Notes: generated by a model from the letters alone, not told the origin. A stretch of 64,000 nucleotides of DNA from Nitrospirota bacterium (GCA_963663225.1 OY760142.1:2400001-2464000), one strand, 5' to 3'. Counted from the stretch's first letter, positions 50,266-61,177 are shown. Translations and numbers: made by a program.

Positions 50266-51813
50266 ATGAGCATGCACAGGATTTCAGATCTTCTTGACAT
50301 GTCCATGGTACAGAAGCTCGCTGATTCAAATTTTCGCGCCACCGGCTTGCCCATTTCGATTATTGATACTGTTGATGGCACGGTTCTGGTCAAAGCGGGC
50401 TGGTCGGCTATCTGCACAAATATCCACCGGTTTAATCCGATGTTCCATCAACGCTGCCAGGAGAGCGATCATTATCTCGATGAGCATCTGGGAGAACAAG
50501 AATATTTTCAATATCGATGCAAGAACGGGCTTTGGCATATCGCCATACCCATTATGGTTGCCGGCAATCACCTGGCAACCTTGTTCCTTTCGCAGTTCTG
50601 GTTCGAAGGAGATGTGCCGGACCGTGAATACTTCGCCCGTCAGGCAACGGATTTCGGCTGTGATCTCGAAACCTATCTCAAAGAAATCAGCCGCATCCCT
50701 GTTTTTTCGAAAGAAAAAGTCGCTTATAGTATTGTGTTTTACCGGTCGCTTGCCCGCTTTATAGCCGACCTCGCCGATCGTTCATTGCATCTTCTGGAAG
50801 CAAAACAGTCTATATTTGAAAGTGAAAACAAATACCGCAGTCTTGTAAATAACATACCGGTCGGCATCTACAGCAATACGCCTGCGCGAGGCAGATTTCT
50901 TCATGGAAATCCTGCGATGGTCAGAATTACCGGCTGCGATTCCCTGGAAGAATTGCTGTCGAAGGATATGAGCGATTTCTACCAGAAACCGGAAGACAGA
51001 ATAAAGCTGCTCGAGGAGTTGAAAATCAAGGGCTTTATAAAAGACCGCGAGCTGGCAATGAAAAAAAAGGACGGTACACCCATTTGGTGTTCGACGACCG
51101 TCACCGCGCATTTCAACGAACAGGGCGACATCATTATGACGGAAGGCGTCGTCGAGGACATTACCGTACGCAAGCAGAATCAGGACGAATTGCTTAAGAT
51201 CCACCATGAGCTTGAAATGCGGATCCAGGAACGTACCGCTGATCTTGCAAGGACCAATGAATTGCTCTTGCTGGAGATTGCCGAGCGCAAGCGCGCTGAA
51301 GAAAAATTGCGGGAGTTGTCGGAAATGGACCCGCTGACGATGACGTATAACAGAAGGAAACTCCTTGAACTGTTGATGCTGGAAATAGAAAAAGTAAAAC
51401 GGCACTCGCATCCGCTTTCTCTGATTATGCTGGATATTGATTTTTTTAAAAAAATAAACGATAAGCACGGGCATAATGCGGGAGATGCCGTCCTGAAATC
51501 AACCACGACCATCATCTGCGGTATTATCAGAAAAATAGACATTTTTGCGCGGTACGGGGGAGACGAATTTATTATCCTTTCTCCGGAGACGGACCGGGAA
51601 GGGGCGCTGGTGATTGCGGACAAGATACGGGATGTCATAGCCCGGCACCCCTATCCGGCGATGGAACCCATTACCATCAGCGTTGGAGTGGCAGAGTTGT
51701 CCCCGGAGGATTCCGGAGCCACCTTGATTGAAAAGGCTGACGAAGCACTCTACCTTGCCAAAAAAAGAGGAAGAAACAAGGTTGAGTTATTTATCCCGAA
51801 ACAGCGCCCATGA
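50266..51813 (+). CDS. Diguanylate cyclase with PocR sensor and PAS domains
   Basis: PocR Cys pattern (W..IC...HR, C..SD, Y.C.NG), PAS (KDG..W), RKID I-site and RYGGDEF. Confidence 0.9.
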   Translation: MSMHRISDLLDMSMVQKLADSNFRATGLPISIIDTVDGTVLVKAGWSAICTNIHRFNPMFHQRCQESDHYLDEHLGEQEYFQYRCKNGLWHIAIPIMVAGNHLATLFLSQFWFEGDVPDREYFARQATDFGCDLETYLKEISRIPVFSKEKVAYSIVFYRSLARFIADLADRSLHLLEAKQSIFESENKYRSLVNNIPVGIYSNTPARGRFLHGNPAMVRITGCDSLEELLSKDMSDFYQKPEDRIKLLEELKIKGFIKDRELAMKKKDGTPIWCSTTVTAHFNEQGDIIMTEGVVEDITVRKQNQDELLKIHHELEMRIQERTADLARTNELLLLEIAERKRAEEKLRELSEMDPLTMTYNRRKLLELLMLEIEKVKRHSHPLSLIMLDIDFFKKINDKHGHNAGDAVLKSTTTIICGIIRKIDIFARYGGDEFIILSPETDREGALVIADKIRDVIARHPYPAMEPITISVGVAELSPEDSGATLIEKADEALYLAKKRGRNKVELFIPKQRP

Positions 51814-51944
51814 TTTTTTGTTTGTTGGCTTGACGTTTCTTTGAGCTTCTTCCCGCAACTTATTGCTCACCAAAATGCCTATTCTACTTGACAACATTTC
51901 ACTTCTGTATTAGTTTTGTAAAAAAGGTATATTTCGGAGGGCGT

Positions 51945-52364
51945 ATGTCAGAACTCATCCGTTTCGGCGTATCCATAGACAATCAACTTATAAAGAAATT
52001 CGATGACCTTATCGAGAAAAAAGGCTACACAACGCGGTCCGAGGCCATACGCGACATGATCCGGGACACGCTGGTCGAGCAGGAATGGGAGTCCGGCGAT
52101 CAGGAAACGGTCGGCACGATTACGCTGGTCTATAATCACCATACCCGTGAACTTGACCACGCGCTTACGGACATGCAGCACAAGTCTTTCCATCAGATTA
52201 TCTCCGCTCTCCATGTACACCTTGATGCGCACAACTGCCTCGAGGTCCTTGTCGTCAAAGGCAAGAGCAAAGAAATAAAAATGATTGCGGACCGTTTGAT
52301 AGGCACCAAGGGCGTAAAGCACGGTAAACTGACGACGACAACGACGGGCAAGGAATTGACATGA
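51945..52364 (+). CDS. nikR: Nickel-responsive regulator NikR
   Basis: RFGVSI, RSEAIRD, YNHH, H.HLD.HNCLE. Confidence 0.96.
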   Translation: MSELIRFGVSIDNQLIKKFDDLIEKKGYTTRSEAIRDMIRDTLVEQEWESGDQETVGTITLVYNHHTRELDHALTDMQHKSFHQIISALHVHLDAHNCLEVLVVKGKSKEIKMIADRLIGTKGVKHGKLTTTTTGKELT

Positions 52365-52511
52365 TGCAGTAAGCAGATTTTAACAAGCTACATGTTAAAA
52401 CAAACTACAAACCGTACCAACTCCTCCTTCACGCAACTATGTGTTGCCTTATTTTGACAACACGATTCCTCCTCTTCTTTCTCGAAGTTTACATCCGCAC
52501 AAAGATAAGAC

Positions 52512-52557
52512 TTGACAGAATTATGAAATAGTGCTACAAAATTAAAAATCGTAGCAT
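52512..52557 (+). promoter_or_regulatory. Sigma70 promoter with overlapping NikR operator
   Basis: TTGACA-N17-TACAAA; GTGCTAC-N13-GTAGCAT palindrome (52531-52557) resembles the deltaproteobacterial NikR motif. Confidence 0.75.
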
Positions 52558-52666
52558 TTAGCTCGTTCAAATATTCACAAATGATATAGCCAAGATGCAT
52601 CAATGAACATCCGGAACGTCGGATATGTGCAGATGCGCAAATATCGATTGAAAGGATATATCGATA

Positions 52667-53449
52667 ATGTTTTTTAAAAAAGTCATTGGATCTGTCCTCT
52701 TCTGTTCTTTTTTGTTTGCATCCACTCCGTCGTGGGCCATGCATCCGCTCATTACGGACGACACAGGCACACAGGGAAAGGGAAAATTCCAGCTGGAGAA
52801 AAACGGGCAGTACGATTATGAAAAAGAAACAATTTCCGGTGTACGTGTCGAGGAAAAGTCCGCACTGGGCAATACGATCCTGACATACGGCATTATCGAG
52901 AACGTGGATCTGATTCTGAACGTTCCGTATATGTGGATCAAGGTCCGGGAAAACGGCATTGTAACGACAAACGCAAAAGGATTTTCCGATGCAACGTTTG
53001 AAACGAAGTGGAGGTTTTTCGATAAAGACAATCTGAGCCTTGCATTAAAACCGGGTCTCATCATTCCGATCGGAGACCATGAAAAAGGGCTGGGGGCCGG
53101 GAAGGTCGGGTATACGGCCTTTCTCATAGCAACAAAAGAAATCGAGCCCTGGGCGTTCCACGCAAATCTTGGTTATAAACGGAATGAAAGCACTGAGGAC
53201 CTACGGAGCGACATCTGGCATGCCTCCGTGGCTGTGGTCAGGACGTTGACTAAAAGCCTAAAACTGGTTGCCGACATCGGGATGGAGACAAACCAGGAAA
53301 AAGAGTTGACTACCGACCCGGCTTTTATTCTTGCCGGTGCTGTTTATTCGATCAAGGAACATGTAGATCTTGATCTGGGAGTCAAGTATGGTTTGACAAA
53401 ACCGGAGACCAATTACTCGGTGCTGGCAGGCATTACTGTCAGATTTTGA
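52667..53449 (+). CDS. Outer-membrane beta-barrel protein (MetA-pathway/'transporter'-like)
   Basis: Signal peptide, HPL.TDD.GT, alternating beta strands, C-terminal Phe (AGITVRF). Confidence 0.75.
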   Translation: MFFKKVIGSVLFCSFLFASTPSWAMHPLITDDTGTQGKGKFQLEKNGQYDYEKETISGVRVEEKSALGNTILTYGIIENVDLILNVPYMWIKVRENGIVTTNAKGFSDATFETKWRFFDKDNLSLALKPGLIIPIGDHEKGLGAGKVGYTAFLIATKEIEPWAFHANLGYKRNESTEDLRSDIWHASVAVVRTLTKSLKLVADIGMETNQEKELTTDPAFILAGAVYSIKEHVDLDLGVKYGLTKPETNYSVLAGITVRF

Positions 53450-53486
53450 ATTGCCATAGCACAGACATCTCCGAGGAGGAAGCATT

Positions 53487-54155
53487 ATGCACATCCCCGA
53501 TGGCTACTTGGGGCCGGCCACCTATAGCGCCATGTATGTCGCGACCATTCCTTTTTGGGCCGTTGCCTCATGGAAATTGAATAAGACGTTAAAAGCAAAA
53601 CAGGCGCCGTATCTCGCGCTTGGAGCGGCTTTCAGTTTTGTGATCATGATGTTCAATATCCCGGTATTCGGCGGTACAACAGGACACGCGACCGGGGCCA
53701 CACTGATTGCCATTCTGCTTGGTCCCTGGGCTGCCATGATTTCTGTTTCAGTGGCTCTTGTTATTCAGGCGCTGCTGTTCGGAGATGGAGGCATTACCGC
53801 CATTGGCGCAAATTGTTTTAACATGGCGGTTGTCGGCGTGTTCACGGGCTATGGAATCTATCGCCTGATTGCGTGGGGGGCCGATGTGAACAATAGACGC
53901 CGGTTGACCGCTGCTGCGGTTGCCGCATATGTAAGCCTGAATATTTCTGCACTTGTTACCGCAATCCAGTTCGGCGTACAGCCCATACTAGAGAGATCTC
54001 CTGCCGGGCAACCTCTGTATTCGCCTTTTCCGCTGAGCATCGCAGTACCGGCAATGGCCATCGAACATCTGCTGCTTTTTGGCTTTGTGGAAGCTTTAGT
54101 CACGGTATTAGTGCTAAAATATTTTCAGAAACATGACCCCGAAATGCTGAAATGA
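53487..54155 (+). CDS. nikM: ECF Ni/Co transporter substrate component NikM/CbiM
   Basis: N-terminal MHIPDG metal motif, GGTTGH, GDGG..A.G.N. Confidence 0.92.
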   Translation: MHIPDGYLGPATYSAMYVATIPFWAVASWKLNKTLKAKQAPYLALGAAFSFVIMMFNIPVFGGTTGHATGATLIAILLGPWAAMISVSVALVIQALLFGDGGITAIGANCFNMAVVGVFTGYGIYRLIAWGADVNNRRRLTAAAVAAYVSLNISALVTAIQFGVQPILERSPAGQPLYSPFPLSIAVPAMAIEHLLLFGFVEALVTVLVLKYFQKHDPEMLK

Positions 54156-54195
54156 TAGAAAATAGCATCATCAGGTGAAGAGAAGGTAACGCGCG

Positions 54196-54537
54196 ATGAA
54201 AACGATGAAAAAACACTGGATAGGCATCGGTATTTTGATATTGCTTACTCCGCTCGGATTGATCGTGCCGAAATGGTTCGGTGCAGAAGGAGCCTGGGGT
54301 GAGTGGGGGATGGACGAAATCGAAAAAATCGCCGGTTTTGTTCCCGAAGGCATGAAACTCCTTGCAGAAATATGGAAAGCTCCGTTGCCTGACTACGCAG
54401 TGCCGGGTCAGAGCAAGGGACCAGTTCTGGAGGGTTTCGGATACATTCTTTCCGGGGTCGTCGGGATCGCCTGTACAGCCGGCGTCATGTATGGTATCGC
54501 AAAGCTGTTGAGCAGAAACAGCAAGAGTAAACAATAA
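54196..54537 (+). CDS. nikN: ECF accessory component NikN (PDGLE-like)
   Basis: TPLGL, AWGEW, APLPDY, two TM helices. Confidence 0.8.
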   Translation: MKTMKKHWIGIGILILLTPLGLIVPKWFGAEGAWGEWGMDEIEKIAGFVPEGMKLLAEIWKAPLPDYAVPGQSKGPVLEGFGYILSGVVGIACTAGVMYGIAKLLSRNSKSKQ

Positions 54538-54560
54538 CAATATACTGAAGGACGATTTTC

Positions 54561-55439
54561 GTGTCACAAACCCGGTTTCTGGATAAAACGCTTCTGGCGG
54601 TCGCGAACGTAGCGGAGCAGTCTCTGTTTTCCGAGGCCTATGCCCGTAAGCGGGGAATCCTCCAGAGGCTTGATGTCAGGATCAAAGTAGTCAGTTTTCT
54701 CGTCATTCTCGTTCTGATCAGTGTGCTTCACGCACCGCAATCGCTCTGGATTGCATACGGTTTGAGTCTTGTGCTCGCTGTGTGTTCACAGGTTCCGCTG
54801 GGTTTTTTTCAGAAGCGCGTCTGGTTGTTCGTCCCTCTTTTCTCCGCGGCGATTGTTCTGCCTGCTCTTTTGAATGTCATAACACCGGGGGAACCGCTCT
54901 GGATTCTGTTTACGCTGAAACAGTCGTATACGTGGGGGCCTTATGTCATACCCCAGGAAATAGCGGTTACCCGGCAGGGGGCCTGGGGCGCGATCACGTT
55001 TGTTTCTCGAGTTGCTGCGTCGGTTTCCTTTGCCATGCTGTTTGCGCTTACAACCAGATGGTCGCAGGTTTTTACCGGATTTCGGGCGTTGTTTGTCCCC
55101 CGCGTTTTTGTTATGACGCTCAATCTTACGGAACGGTATCTTTTCGTTTTTCTGCGGATGGTCCAGGACATGTACCGGGGACGAAAAAGCAGGACCATCC
55201 GGTCTCTTTCCGCGGCTGCCGACAGAAGCTGGACCGCGTCACGTATCGGTGTCACGTTCAGGAAAACCCTTGCGATGAGCGACGATGTATACAACGCAAT
55301 GCTCTCCCGGGGGTTTCACGGAGAGTTCAGGTCCGTAAACAGGTTTCAGGCCGTTGCTCGTGATTATATCTGGCTGATGACAGTGATTTGCATTGGTGGT
55401 ATATTGCTTTTGTTTGAGAGGGGTTTCTTTCGCTCATGA
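54561..55439 (+). CDS. nikQ: ECF transmembrane component NikQ/CbiQ
   Basis: LD.RIK, RYLF, KSR and AMLSRGF.GE coupling motifs. Confidence 0.88.
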   Translation: MSQTRFLDKTLLAVANVAEQSLFSEAYARKRGILQRLDVRIKVVSFLVILVLISVLHAPQSLWIAYGLSLVLAVCSQVPLGFFQKRVWLFVPLFSAAIVLPALLNVITPGEPLWILFTLKQSYTWGPYVIPQEIAVTRQGAWGAITFVSRVAASVSFAMLFALTTRWSQVFTGFRALFVPRVFVMTLNLTERYLFVFLRMVQDMYRGRKSRTIRSLSAAADRSWTASRIGVTFRKTLAMSDDVYNAMLSRGFHGEFRSVNRFQAVARDYIWLMTVICIGGILLLFERGFFRS

Positions 55440-56545
55440 AGGCTTTTTGTCTGCGCAATGTTGTATATTCCTACACCCATGACGAAACAGTATTGAACGA
55501 TTTGACCATCGATTTCCAACAGGGGGAGCGTACCGTCATTCTCGGCTCAAACGGGACGGGGAAATCCACACTTTTGTCTCTTCTCGATGGCCTTGTCTTT
55601 CCGGTCTCCGGGTCCATTCATGCTTTCGGGAAGCCCCTGACCGAAGAGAGTCTTGAACAGAAGGCATTTTCGATGGATTTCCGGAAGCGGGTGGCGTTTG
55701 TATTTCAAAACCCCGATGTCCAGTTGTTTTCTTCAACGGTCTGGGACGAAGTAGCATTTGGACCGCTTCAGCTCGGATTGCCGCTTTCCGAGATCAGATC
55801 CACGGTGGACTATCTTCTTGAAACGCTTCGCATAGCCGAGCTGCGCGACCGTGCGCCGCACACCCTGTCGGACGGGCAGAAAAAAAAGGTCGCCATCGCA
55901 TCCAGTCTCGCTACCGACCCCGATGTGCTGCTTCTCGATGAACCCACGAACGGTCTGGATCCCAGGACACAGGTTTGGCTCATAGAGGTTCTGAACGAAC
56001 TGCATAGGCGAGGAAAGACCATTATATCCGCCACACACGATCTGTCCATCGCCGGTGATATCGCGGAACGGGCAATTGTTTTTTCCGAAGATCATTCCGT
56101 GGCCGCAGACGGGGCGTTTTTTGATATAATTGCCAATGATGAATTGCTGCTCGCCGTCAACCTGATTCATGAGCATGCGCATCGTCACGGCGATAAAGCC
56201 CATGTGCACCGCCATGGACATTACGGACACTTTCACATGAACGGAGGCTTAAAGGACGACATGCATAAGGGACATTCACACAATCACGGCCATGGACACA
56301 GTCATGAGCATTCTCAGGAGGGGACGGAAACGCTCCGCAAGCTGCTGGCCATGCTGGAGCATTGGATCGACCATGATGACAGCCATGTAGAGCATTATCA
56401 GGAATGGGCGGCAAAGGCGAGTGAAGCCGGCGAGGAAGAAATTGCGAAAGAGATATATCTTGCGGTCAGTGAAAGCGAGCAGGTCAAGGGGCACCTCAAG
56501 CGGGCAAAGGCAATCCTGGCCGCCAAACTGGTGCTGCTGAAGTAA
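55436..56545 (+). CDS. nikO: ECF ATPase NikO/CbiO fused to His-rich linker and helical His/Glu domain
   Basis: GSNGTGKS, FQNPD.QLF, DEPT; His-rich tract; HWIDHDDSHVEHY..W C-terminal domain. Confidence 0.88.
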   Translation: MKAFCLRNVVYSYTHDETVLNDLTIDFQQGERTVILGSNGTGKSTLLSLLDGLVFPVSGSIHAFGKPLTEESLEQKAFSMDFRKRVAFVFQNPDVQLFSSTVWDEVAFGPLQLGLPLSEIRSTVDYLLETLRIAELRDRAPHTLSDGQKKKVAIASSLATDPDVLLLDEPTNGLDPRTQVWLIEVLNELHRRGKTIISATHDLSIAGDIAERAIVFSEDHSVAADGAFFDIIANDELLLAVNLIHEHAHRHGDKAHVHRHGHYGHFHMNGGLKDDMHKGHSHNHGHGHSHEHSQEGTETLRKLLAMLEHWIDHDDSHVEHYQEWAAKASEAGEEEIAKEIYLAVSESEQVKGHLKRAKAILAAKLVLLK

Positions 56546-56639
56546 CGTTGCGTATAGCGCATAACCGGCTCATTACTCGCTGAAACCGCATGCAGACTCA
56601 CCTGCTGTCTGGTATGCAACAGCATCGAGGAGTTCTTTT

Positions 56640-57230
56640 ATGAAAGAAAAACACCACGACGATCTGACTGATGTTATACGGTTTCACGGTCATCTCTGTC
56701 CGGGGCTTGCGCTCGGATACCGCGTGGCAAAGGCCGCGCTCAGGGAACTTCGCGCAGAGCGGCCGCAGGATGAGGAACTCGTTGCCGTCGTGGAGAATGA
56801 TTCCTGCGCGGTCGATGCGGTCCAGTTTATTACTGGTTGCACGTTCGGCAAAGGAAATTTTCTTTTTCGGGATTACGGCAAGCATGTCTATACGTTTTAT
56901 AACAGGCAGACCGGAAAAGGCATTCGTATATCCGAGGATTACCGGGGATTTGAGAACGATCCGCGTTTTGCCGAACTTAAAAAACGGCAGGATGCCGGCG
57001 AAGACGTTTCAGCTGAGAGAAAAGCATATCTGCTGGAAAAGGCGGACGCTATTCTCAAGGCAGATGAAGCGGAAATTATGGCCATAACGCCTGAGACATC
57101 GCTTCCTCCCGAAGAGGCGAAAATACACGGTTCTGTACGCTGTGCAGTTTGCGGCGAGAAGCTTATGGTGTCCCGCGGAAAAGAAAAAAACGGTAACATC
57201 GTCTGTATACCCTGTTTTCATGCCGCCTGA
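56640..57230 (+). CDS. FmdE/FwdE-family metal-binding protein
   Basis: FHGHLCPG, ENDSC.VDA.Q..TGCT.GKGN, C-terminal CxxC...CxxC. Confidence 0.88.
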   Translation: MKEKHHDDLTDVIRFHGHLCPGLALGYRVAKAALRELRAERPQDEELVAVVENDSCAVDAVQFITGCTFGKGNFLFRDYGKHVYTFYNRQTGKGIRISEDYRGFENDPRFAELKKRQDAGEDVSAERKAYLLEKADAILKADEAEIMAITPETSLPPEEAKIHGSVRCAVCGEKLMVSRGKEKNGNIVCIPCFHAA

Positions 57231-57411
57231 ACGCTACTGCCTACCGGAAACCCGTAAACAGTAGCGCTCGCCGCATTTTCCCCCTCAGGAATATTCCAAA
57301 AACGAATAAGTACTTATTTCAACTACAATATTCTTGACAATACACCACGCTGAAGTTATTATAAACCAATTCTGCGACTCATCACAGCACATCATACGCC
57401 AGGAGGAAAAC

Positions 57412-58125
57412 ATGAAAAAGTTGATAATTTTTCCGCTATTTGCTGTATTGCTGTTCTTTGGATGCGCGAAGACGGTCCCTCTTCAGCAGTACGATGCTAA
57501 GGCTAAAGAAGTGGAAGATTTGACGATTCAAACCAGCAACCTTCAGGCACAGGTAAAGAAACTTACCGGCGATGTGGACACGCTGAAGAAAGACAATGAA
57601 ACCCTGCAGGCCAGGGTAAAGGAACTTTCTCCAAAGGCGGAGAAGGCGGAACAGCTGGAAAAGGCAACCCAGACCTATCAGAATCTTGCCAAAAAGCTTG
57701 AAAAGGAAATTCAGGAAGGCCAGGTGCAGATTACGGAAATGAAGAACCGCCTGACCATGACCATGGTGGACAAGATATTGTTTCCTTCCGGCAGCGCACA
57801 AATCAGCAAGGAAGGGAAGGCTGTGCTCGATAAAGTGGTCAGCATCCTGAAGGACGTGCAGGATAAAAGAATACAGATAGAAGGACATACGGACAATGTC
57901 CAGATTGTGAGCGCGCTTAAAAAACGGTTTCCTACGAACTGGGAACTTTCAACAGCCCGCGCCACCGAAGTAGTGCGGTATCTTCAGGAACACGGCAATC
58001 TTGATCCGCGTCTGCTGTCTGCAACCGGCTATGCGGAATATCAGCCTGTTGACTCCAACGATACGGAGAAAGGGAAGTCTAAAAACCGCAGAATCGAGAT
58101 TGTTCTGCTGCCGCTTCTAAAATAA
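57412..58125 (+). CDS. OmpA/MotB-family lipoprotein with coiled coil
   Basis: Lipobox FFGC, coiled coil, EGHTD, NWELS.ARA, NRRIEI. Confidence 0.85.
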   Translation: MKKLIIFPLFAVLLFFGCAKTVPLQQYDAKAKEVEDLTIQTSNLQAQVKKLTGDVDTLKKDNETLQARVKELSPKAEKAEQLEKATQTYQNLAKKLEKEIQEGQVQITEMKNRLTMTMVDKILFPSGSAQISKEGKAVLDKVVSILKDVQDKRIQIEGHTDNVQIVSALKKRFPTNWELSTARATEVVRYLQEHGNLDPRLLSATGYAEYQPVDSNDTEKGKSKNRRIEIVLLPLLK

Positions 58126-58233
58126 GATTACGGTGTAGCAGTCGGATCTGCCTCAGGCAGCAATTCGAAGATGCCTTGTGCGGCTGTGCTAGAATATGCT
58201 TAGCTGCTCACTCGTGCGGAGAAAATAGTACAG

Positions 58234-58872
58234 ATGTTTACCGGCATGGTGGAAGAGATGGGTGAAGTAAAAATGTTCAGGCGTGATGCGGGCGGTGTCC
58301 GGCTCACGATTTCAGCTTCCACGGTGCTTGCCGGCACGATGATCGGGGACAGCATTGACGTCAACGGAGTATGCCTCACGGTGGTAGAGAAGGGGAACGC
58401 AGATTTTTCGGCTGATGTAGCACAGGAAACCCTGAACGTGTCGAACCTTGGCAGCCTGCGCGTGGGCCAGAAGGTGAACCTTGAACGGGCGCTTCAGTTG
58501 TCGGGGAGACTAGGCGGACATCTGGTAACGGGCCACGTTGATGCCGTCGGGAGAATCAGGGAGAGGCGTCAGGAAGGACATTCGTGGCGTATTTTTATCG
58601 AATCGCCGCGGGATGCGCTCCGGTATATTATCAAGAAAGGCTCGGTTGCCGTGGACGGCATCAGCCTGACTGTTGCTGATGTGGATGCATCGGGTTTTTC
58701 CGTTGCCATGATTCCGCATACGGCGAAGCTCACGACGCTTGGTTTCAAGGCGGCGGGTGACAGTGTAAATCTGGAAACGGACATAATCGGAAAATATGTG
58801 GAAAAGCTGCTGTCCGGAAAGACTGAAGGAAGCCTGAATCTGGACTCGCTGAAAAAAGCCGGTTTTGCATAG
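58234..58872 (+). CDS. ribE: Riboflavin synthase (alpha)
   Basis: MFTG, NGVCLT, GGHLV.GHVD, DGISLT, NLE.D. Confidence 0.95.
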   Translation: MFTGMVEEMGEVKMFRRDAGGVRLTISASTVLAGTMIGDSIDVNGVCLTVVEKGNADFSADVAQETLNVSNLGSLRVGQKVNLERALQLSGRLGGHLVTGHVDAVGRIRERRQEGHSWRIFIESPRDALRYIIKKGSVAVDGISLTVADVDASGFSVAMIPHTAKLTTLGFKAAGDSVNLETDIIGKYVEKLLSGKTEGSLNLDSLKKAGFA

Positions 58873-58946
58873 GCGCAGAAAGATACAAAGCACGGCTTCC
58901 GGTGTAGAAACGGCGTGCCTTGTGCACAGCTTTCAGAGGTGAATAC

Positions 58947-60152
58947 ATGAAGTTCAATACTGTTGAAGAAGCTATCGAGGACATCCGAAAAGGAAAAATG
59001 GTGATCCTTGTTGATGACGAAGACCGCGAGAACGAGGGCGATTTGACAATGGCGGCGGAAGCAGTAACCCCGGAAGCCATCAATTTCATGGCTAAACACG
59101 GACGCGGGCTTGTCTGTCTTTCGCTCACCCCCGAGCGTGTAGAGCACCTGCAGCTTCCTCTGATGACCACGGACAACACCTCGTCTTTCGGTACGGCTTT
59201 TACCATTTCCATTGAAGCAAAAAAAGGCGTGACCACCGGCATTTCAGCGGCCGATCGGGCAACGACAATCCGTACGGCCATAAGTCCTAAAGCCAATCCT
59301 GAAGACTTGGCACGGCCCGGTCATGTATTTCCGCTTCGTGCAAAACCGGGAGGGGTGCTGCAGCGTGCAGGCCAGACGGAGGGATCGGTTGATCTCGCTA
59401 GGCTTGCAGGCCTCTATCCGGCAGGTGTAATTTGTGAAATAATGAATGATGACGGAACGATGGCGCGCGTCCCCCAGCTTCTGGACTTTGCAAAAAAATT
59501 CAGCCTCAAAGTTATTACCGTCAAAGACCTCATCGCCTATCGTGTGCGGAAAGAATCTCTTGTCCGCCGGGTTGCGGTTACCAAATTACCTACCAGCTAC
59601 GGGGGGGATTACACAGCCATCCTGTATGCAAATGACATTGATCGTTTGAACCATATTGCTCTGGTGAAAGGTGACATAAAACCCGATGAAGAAGTGCTTG
59701 TCAGGGTCCATTCCGAATGTCTTACCGGAGACGTATTCGGTTCGCTTCGATGCGATTGCGGTGATCAGCTGCATAACGCTATGAAGATAATTGCACAGGA
59801 AGGCAAAGGGGTAATTCTGTACATGCGCCAGGAAGGCCGGGGCATCGGTCTTGAGGGCAAGCTGAAGGCGTATGAACTTCAGGACAAAGGCAAGGATACG
59901 GTCGAAGCAAACCTGGCACTCGGGTTTAAACCGGATCTCAGGGATTACGGTGTCGGGGCCCAGATACTGCGCGACATCGGCCTCAAGAAAATTCGGCTGC
60001 TTACCAATAATCCGAAGAAAATAATCGGTCTTGAAGGGTATGGTCTGGCCGTAGTGGGGCGGGTTCCCATTGAAATCCATCCGCACGAGAAGAATATCCG
60101 CTACCTCAAAGTAAAAAAGAGCAAGCTTGGTCATTTATTGGAAAAAGTATAA
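58947..60152 (+). CDS. ribBA: Bifunctional DHBP synthase / GTP cyclohydrolase II
   Basis: [26 protein letters not shown]...S.RCDC, QEGRGIG. Confidence 0.96.
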   Translation: MKFNTVEEAIEDIRKGKMVILVDDEDRENEGDLTMAAEAVTPEAINFMAKHGRGLVCLSLTPERVEHLQLPLMTTDNTSSFGTAFTISIEAKKGVTTGISAADRATTIRTAISPKANPEDLARPGHVFPLRAKPGGVLQRAGQTEGSVDLARLAGLYPAGVICEIMNDDGTMARVPQLLDFAKKFSLKVITVKDLIAYRVRKESLVRRVAVTKLPTSYGGDYTAILYANDIDRLNHIALVKGDIKPDEEVLVRVHSECLTGDVFGSLRCDCGDQLHNAMKIIAQEGKGVILYMRQEGRGIGLEGKLKAYELQDKGKDTVEANLALGFKPDLRDYGVGAQILRDIGLKKIRLLTNNPKKIIGLEGYGLAVVGRVPIEIHPHEKNIRYLKVKKSKLGHLLEKV

Positions 60153-60234
60153 TGTTTGATGAAGTGCCGGGCAGCGGAACGAAGTTCCGTCTGCGGTCGC
60201 AGATTTCTATGTCGCTCATTTCCCGGAGGATACT

Positions 60235-60702
60235 ATGTCAAAATTGATTCAGGGTGATCTGACTGCTCAAGGGTTCAAATTCGGTATCGTTGCCGCCCGT
60301 TTTAATGATTTCATCACGAGCAAACTGCTGGACGGCGCGCTTGACGCTCTCCAGCGGCATGGCGCGTCTGAAGCAGACATCGATATCGTCAAGGTTCCGG
60401 GGGCTTACGAAATACCGCTTGCCGCGAAAGTGCTTGCGCAGTCAAAAAAATATAATGCAGTCATCTGTCTGGGGGCTGTTATTCGCGGCGCGACGCCGCA
60501 TTTCGAGTATGTAAGCGCGGAGGTGACCAAGGGGATCGCAGCAGCTTCTCTGGAAACAAGCCTGCCGGTCATTTTCGGAGTACTTACCACCGATACCATC
60601 GAACAGGCGGTGGAACGGGCAGGCACCAAAAGCGGAAATAAGGGCTGGGATGCCGCACTTTCCGCCATTGAAATGGCAAATGTCATGAAACAGCTGGTAT
60701 AG
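60235..60702 (+). CDS. ribH: 6,7-dimethyl-8-ribityllumazine synthase
   Basis: RFN, VPGA.E.P, IRG.T.HF, NKG. Confidence 0.96.
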   Translation: MSKLIQGDLTAQGFKFGIVAARFNDFITSKLLDGALDALQRHGASEADIDIVKVPGAYEIPLAAKVLAQSKKYNAVICLGAVIRGATPHFEYVSAEVTKGIAAASLETSLPVIFGVLTTDTIEQAVERAGTKSGNKGWDAALSAIEMANVMKQLV

Positions 60703-60745
60703 AACGCATCGAAATCATGAAACGACAGTCAGCAGACGATACCGT

Positions 60746-61177
60746 ATGAAAAGGCGTAAAGCAAGGGAGCATGCGCTCCAACTACTATTCCAGCTTGACA
60801 TGAGGAAAGACAAACCATCGGCATTCATCCTGAAGAATTACTGGGCTGAATATAATCCCGATGATGAAATTAAGGCATTTGCAGAAGAAATTGTAAAAGG
60901 AACACTCAAACATGTGGCGGCGATCGACAAACTGATCCGCCGGTGTGCAAAAAACTGGAGTCTTGACCGCATGGCTGTTGTGGACCGTAATGTGCTCAGA
61001 ATGGCTGTGTACGAGATCCTCTATCGTCTGGAAATTCCTACCAGTGTTACTATCAATGAAGCCATTGAAATAGCAAAAAAATTCGGGACTGATGAATCAG
61101 GCGCTTTTGTCAACGGGATACTGGACAGAGTGGCCAGGGAAACCGGGAAACTCGAAGAAGGGAAAATCGAACACTAA
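60746..61177 (+). CDS. nusB: Transcription antitermination factor NusB
   Basis: RRKARE, W...R...VDR, INEAIEIAK, FVNGILD. Confidence 0.95.
   Translation: MKRRKAREHALQLLFQLDMRKDKPSAFILKNYWAEYNPDDEIKAFAEEIVKGTLKHVAAIDKLIRRCAKNWSLDRMAVVDRNVLRMAVYEILYRLEIPTSVTINEAIEIAKKFGTDESGAFVNGILDRVARETGKLEEGKIEH

Noticed and set aside
57412-58125. Flagellar stator motB
   Set aside because: Has a lipobox rather than the TM helix with the conserved Asp, and no motA is adjacent.
58126-58233. FMN riboswitch before rib genes
   Set aside because: No AGGGCGGGG/AAUUCCC..CCGGCGGU/GGAUGGGAGA elements and too little space; ribD is also absent here.
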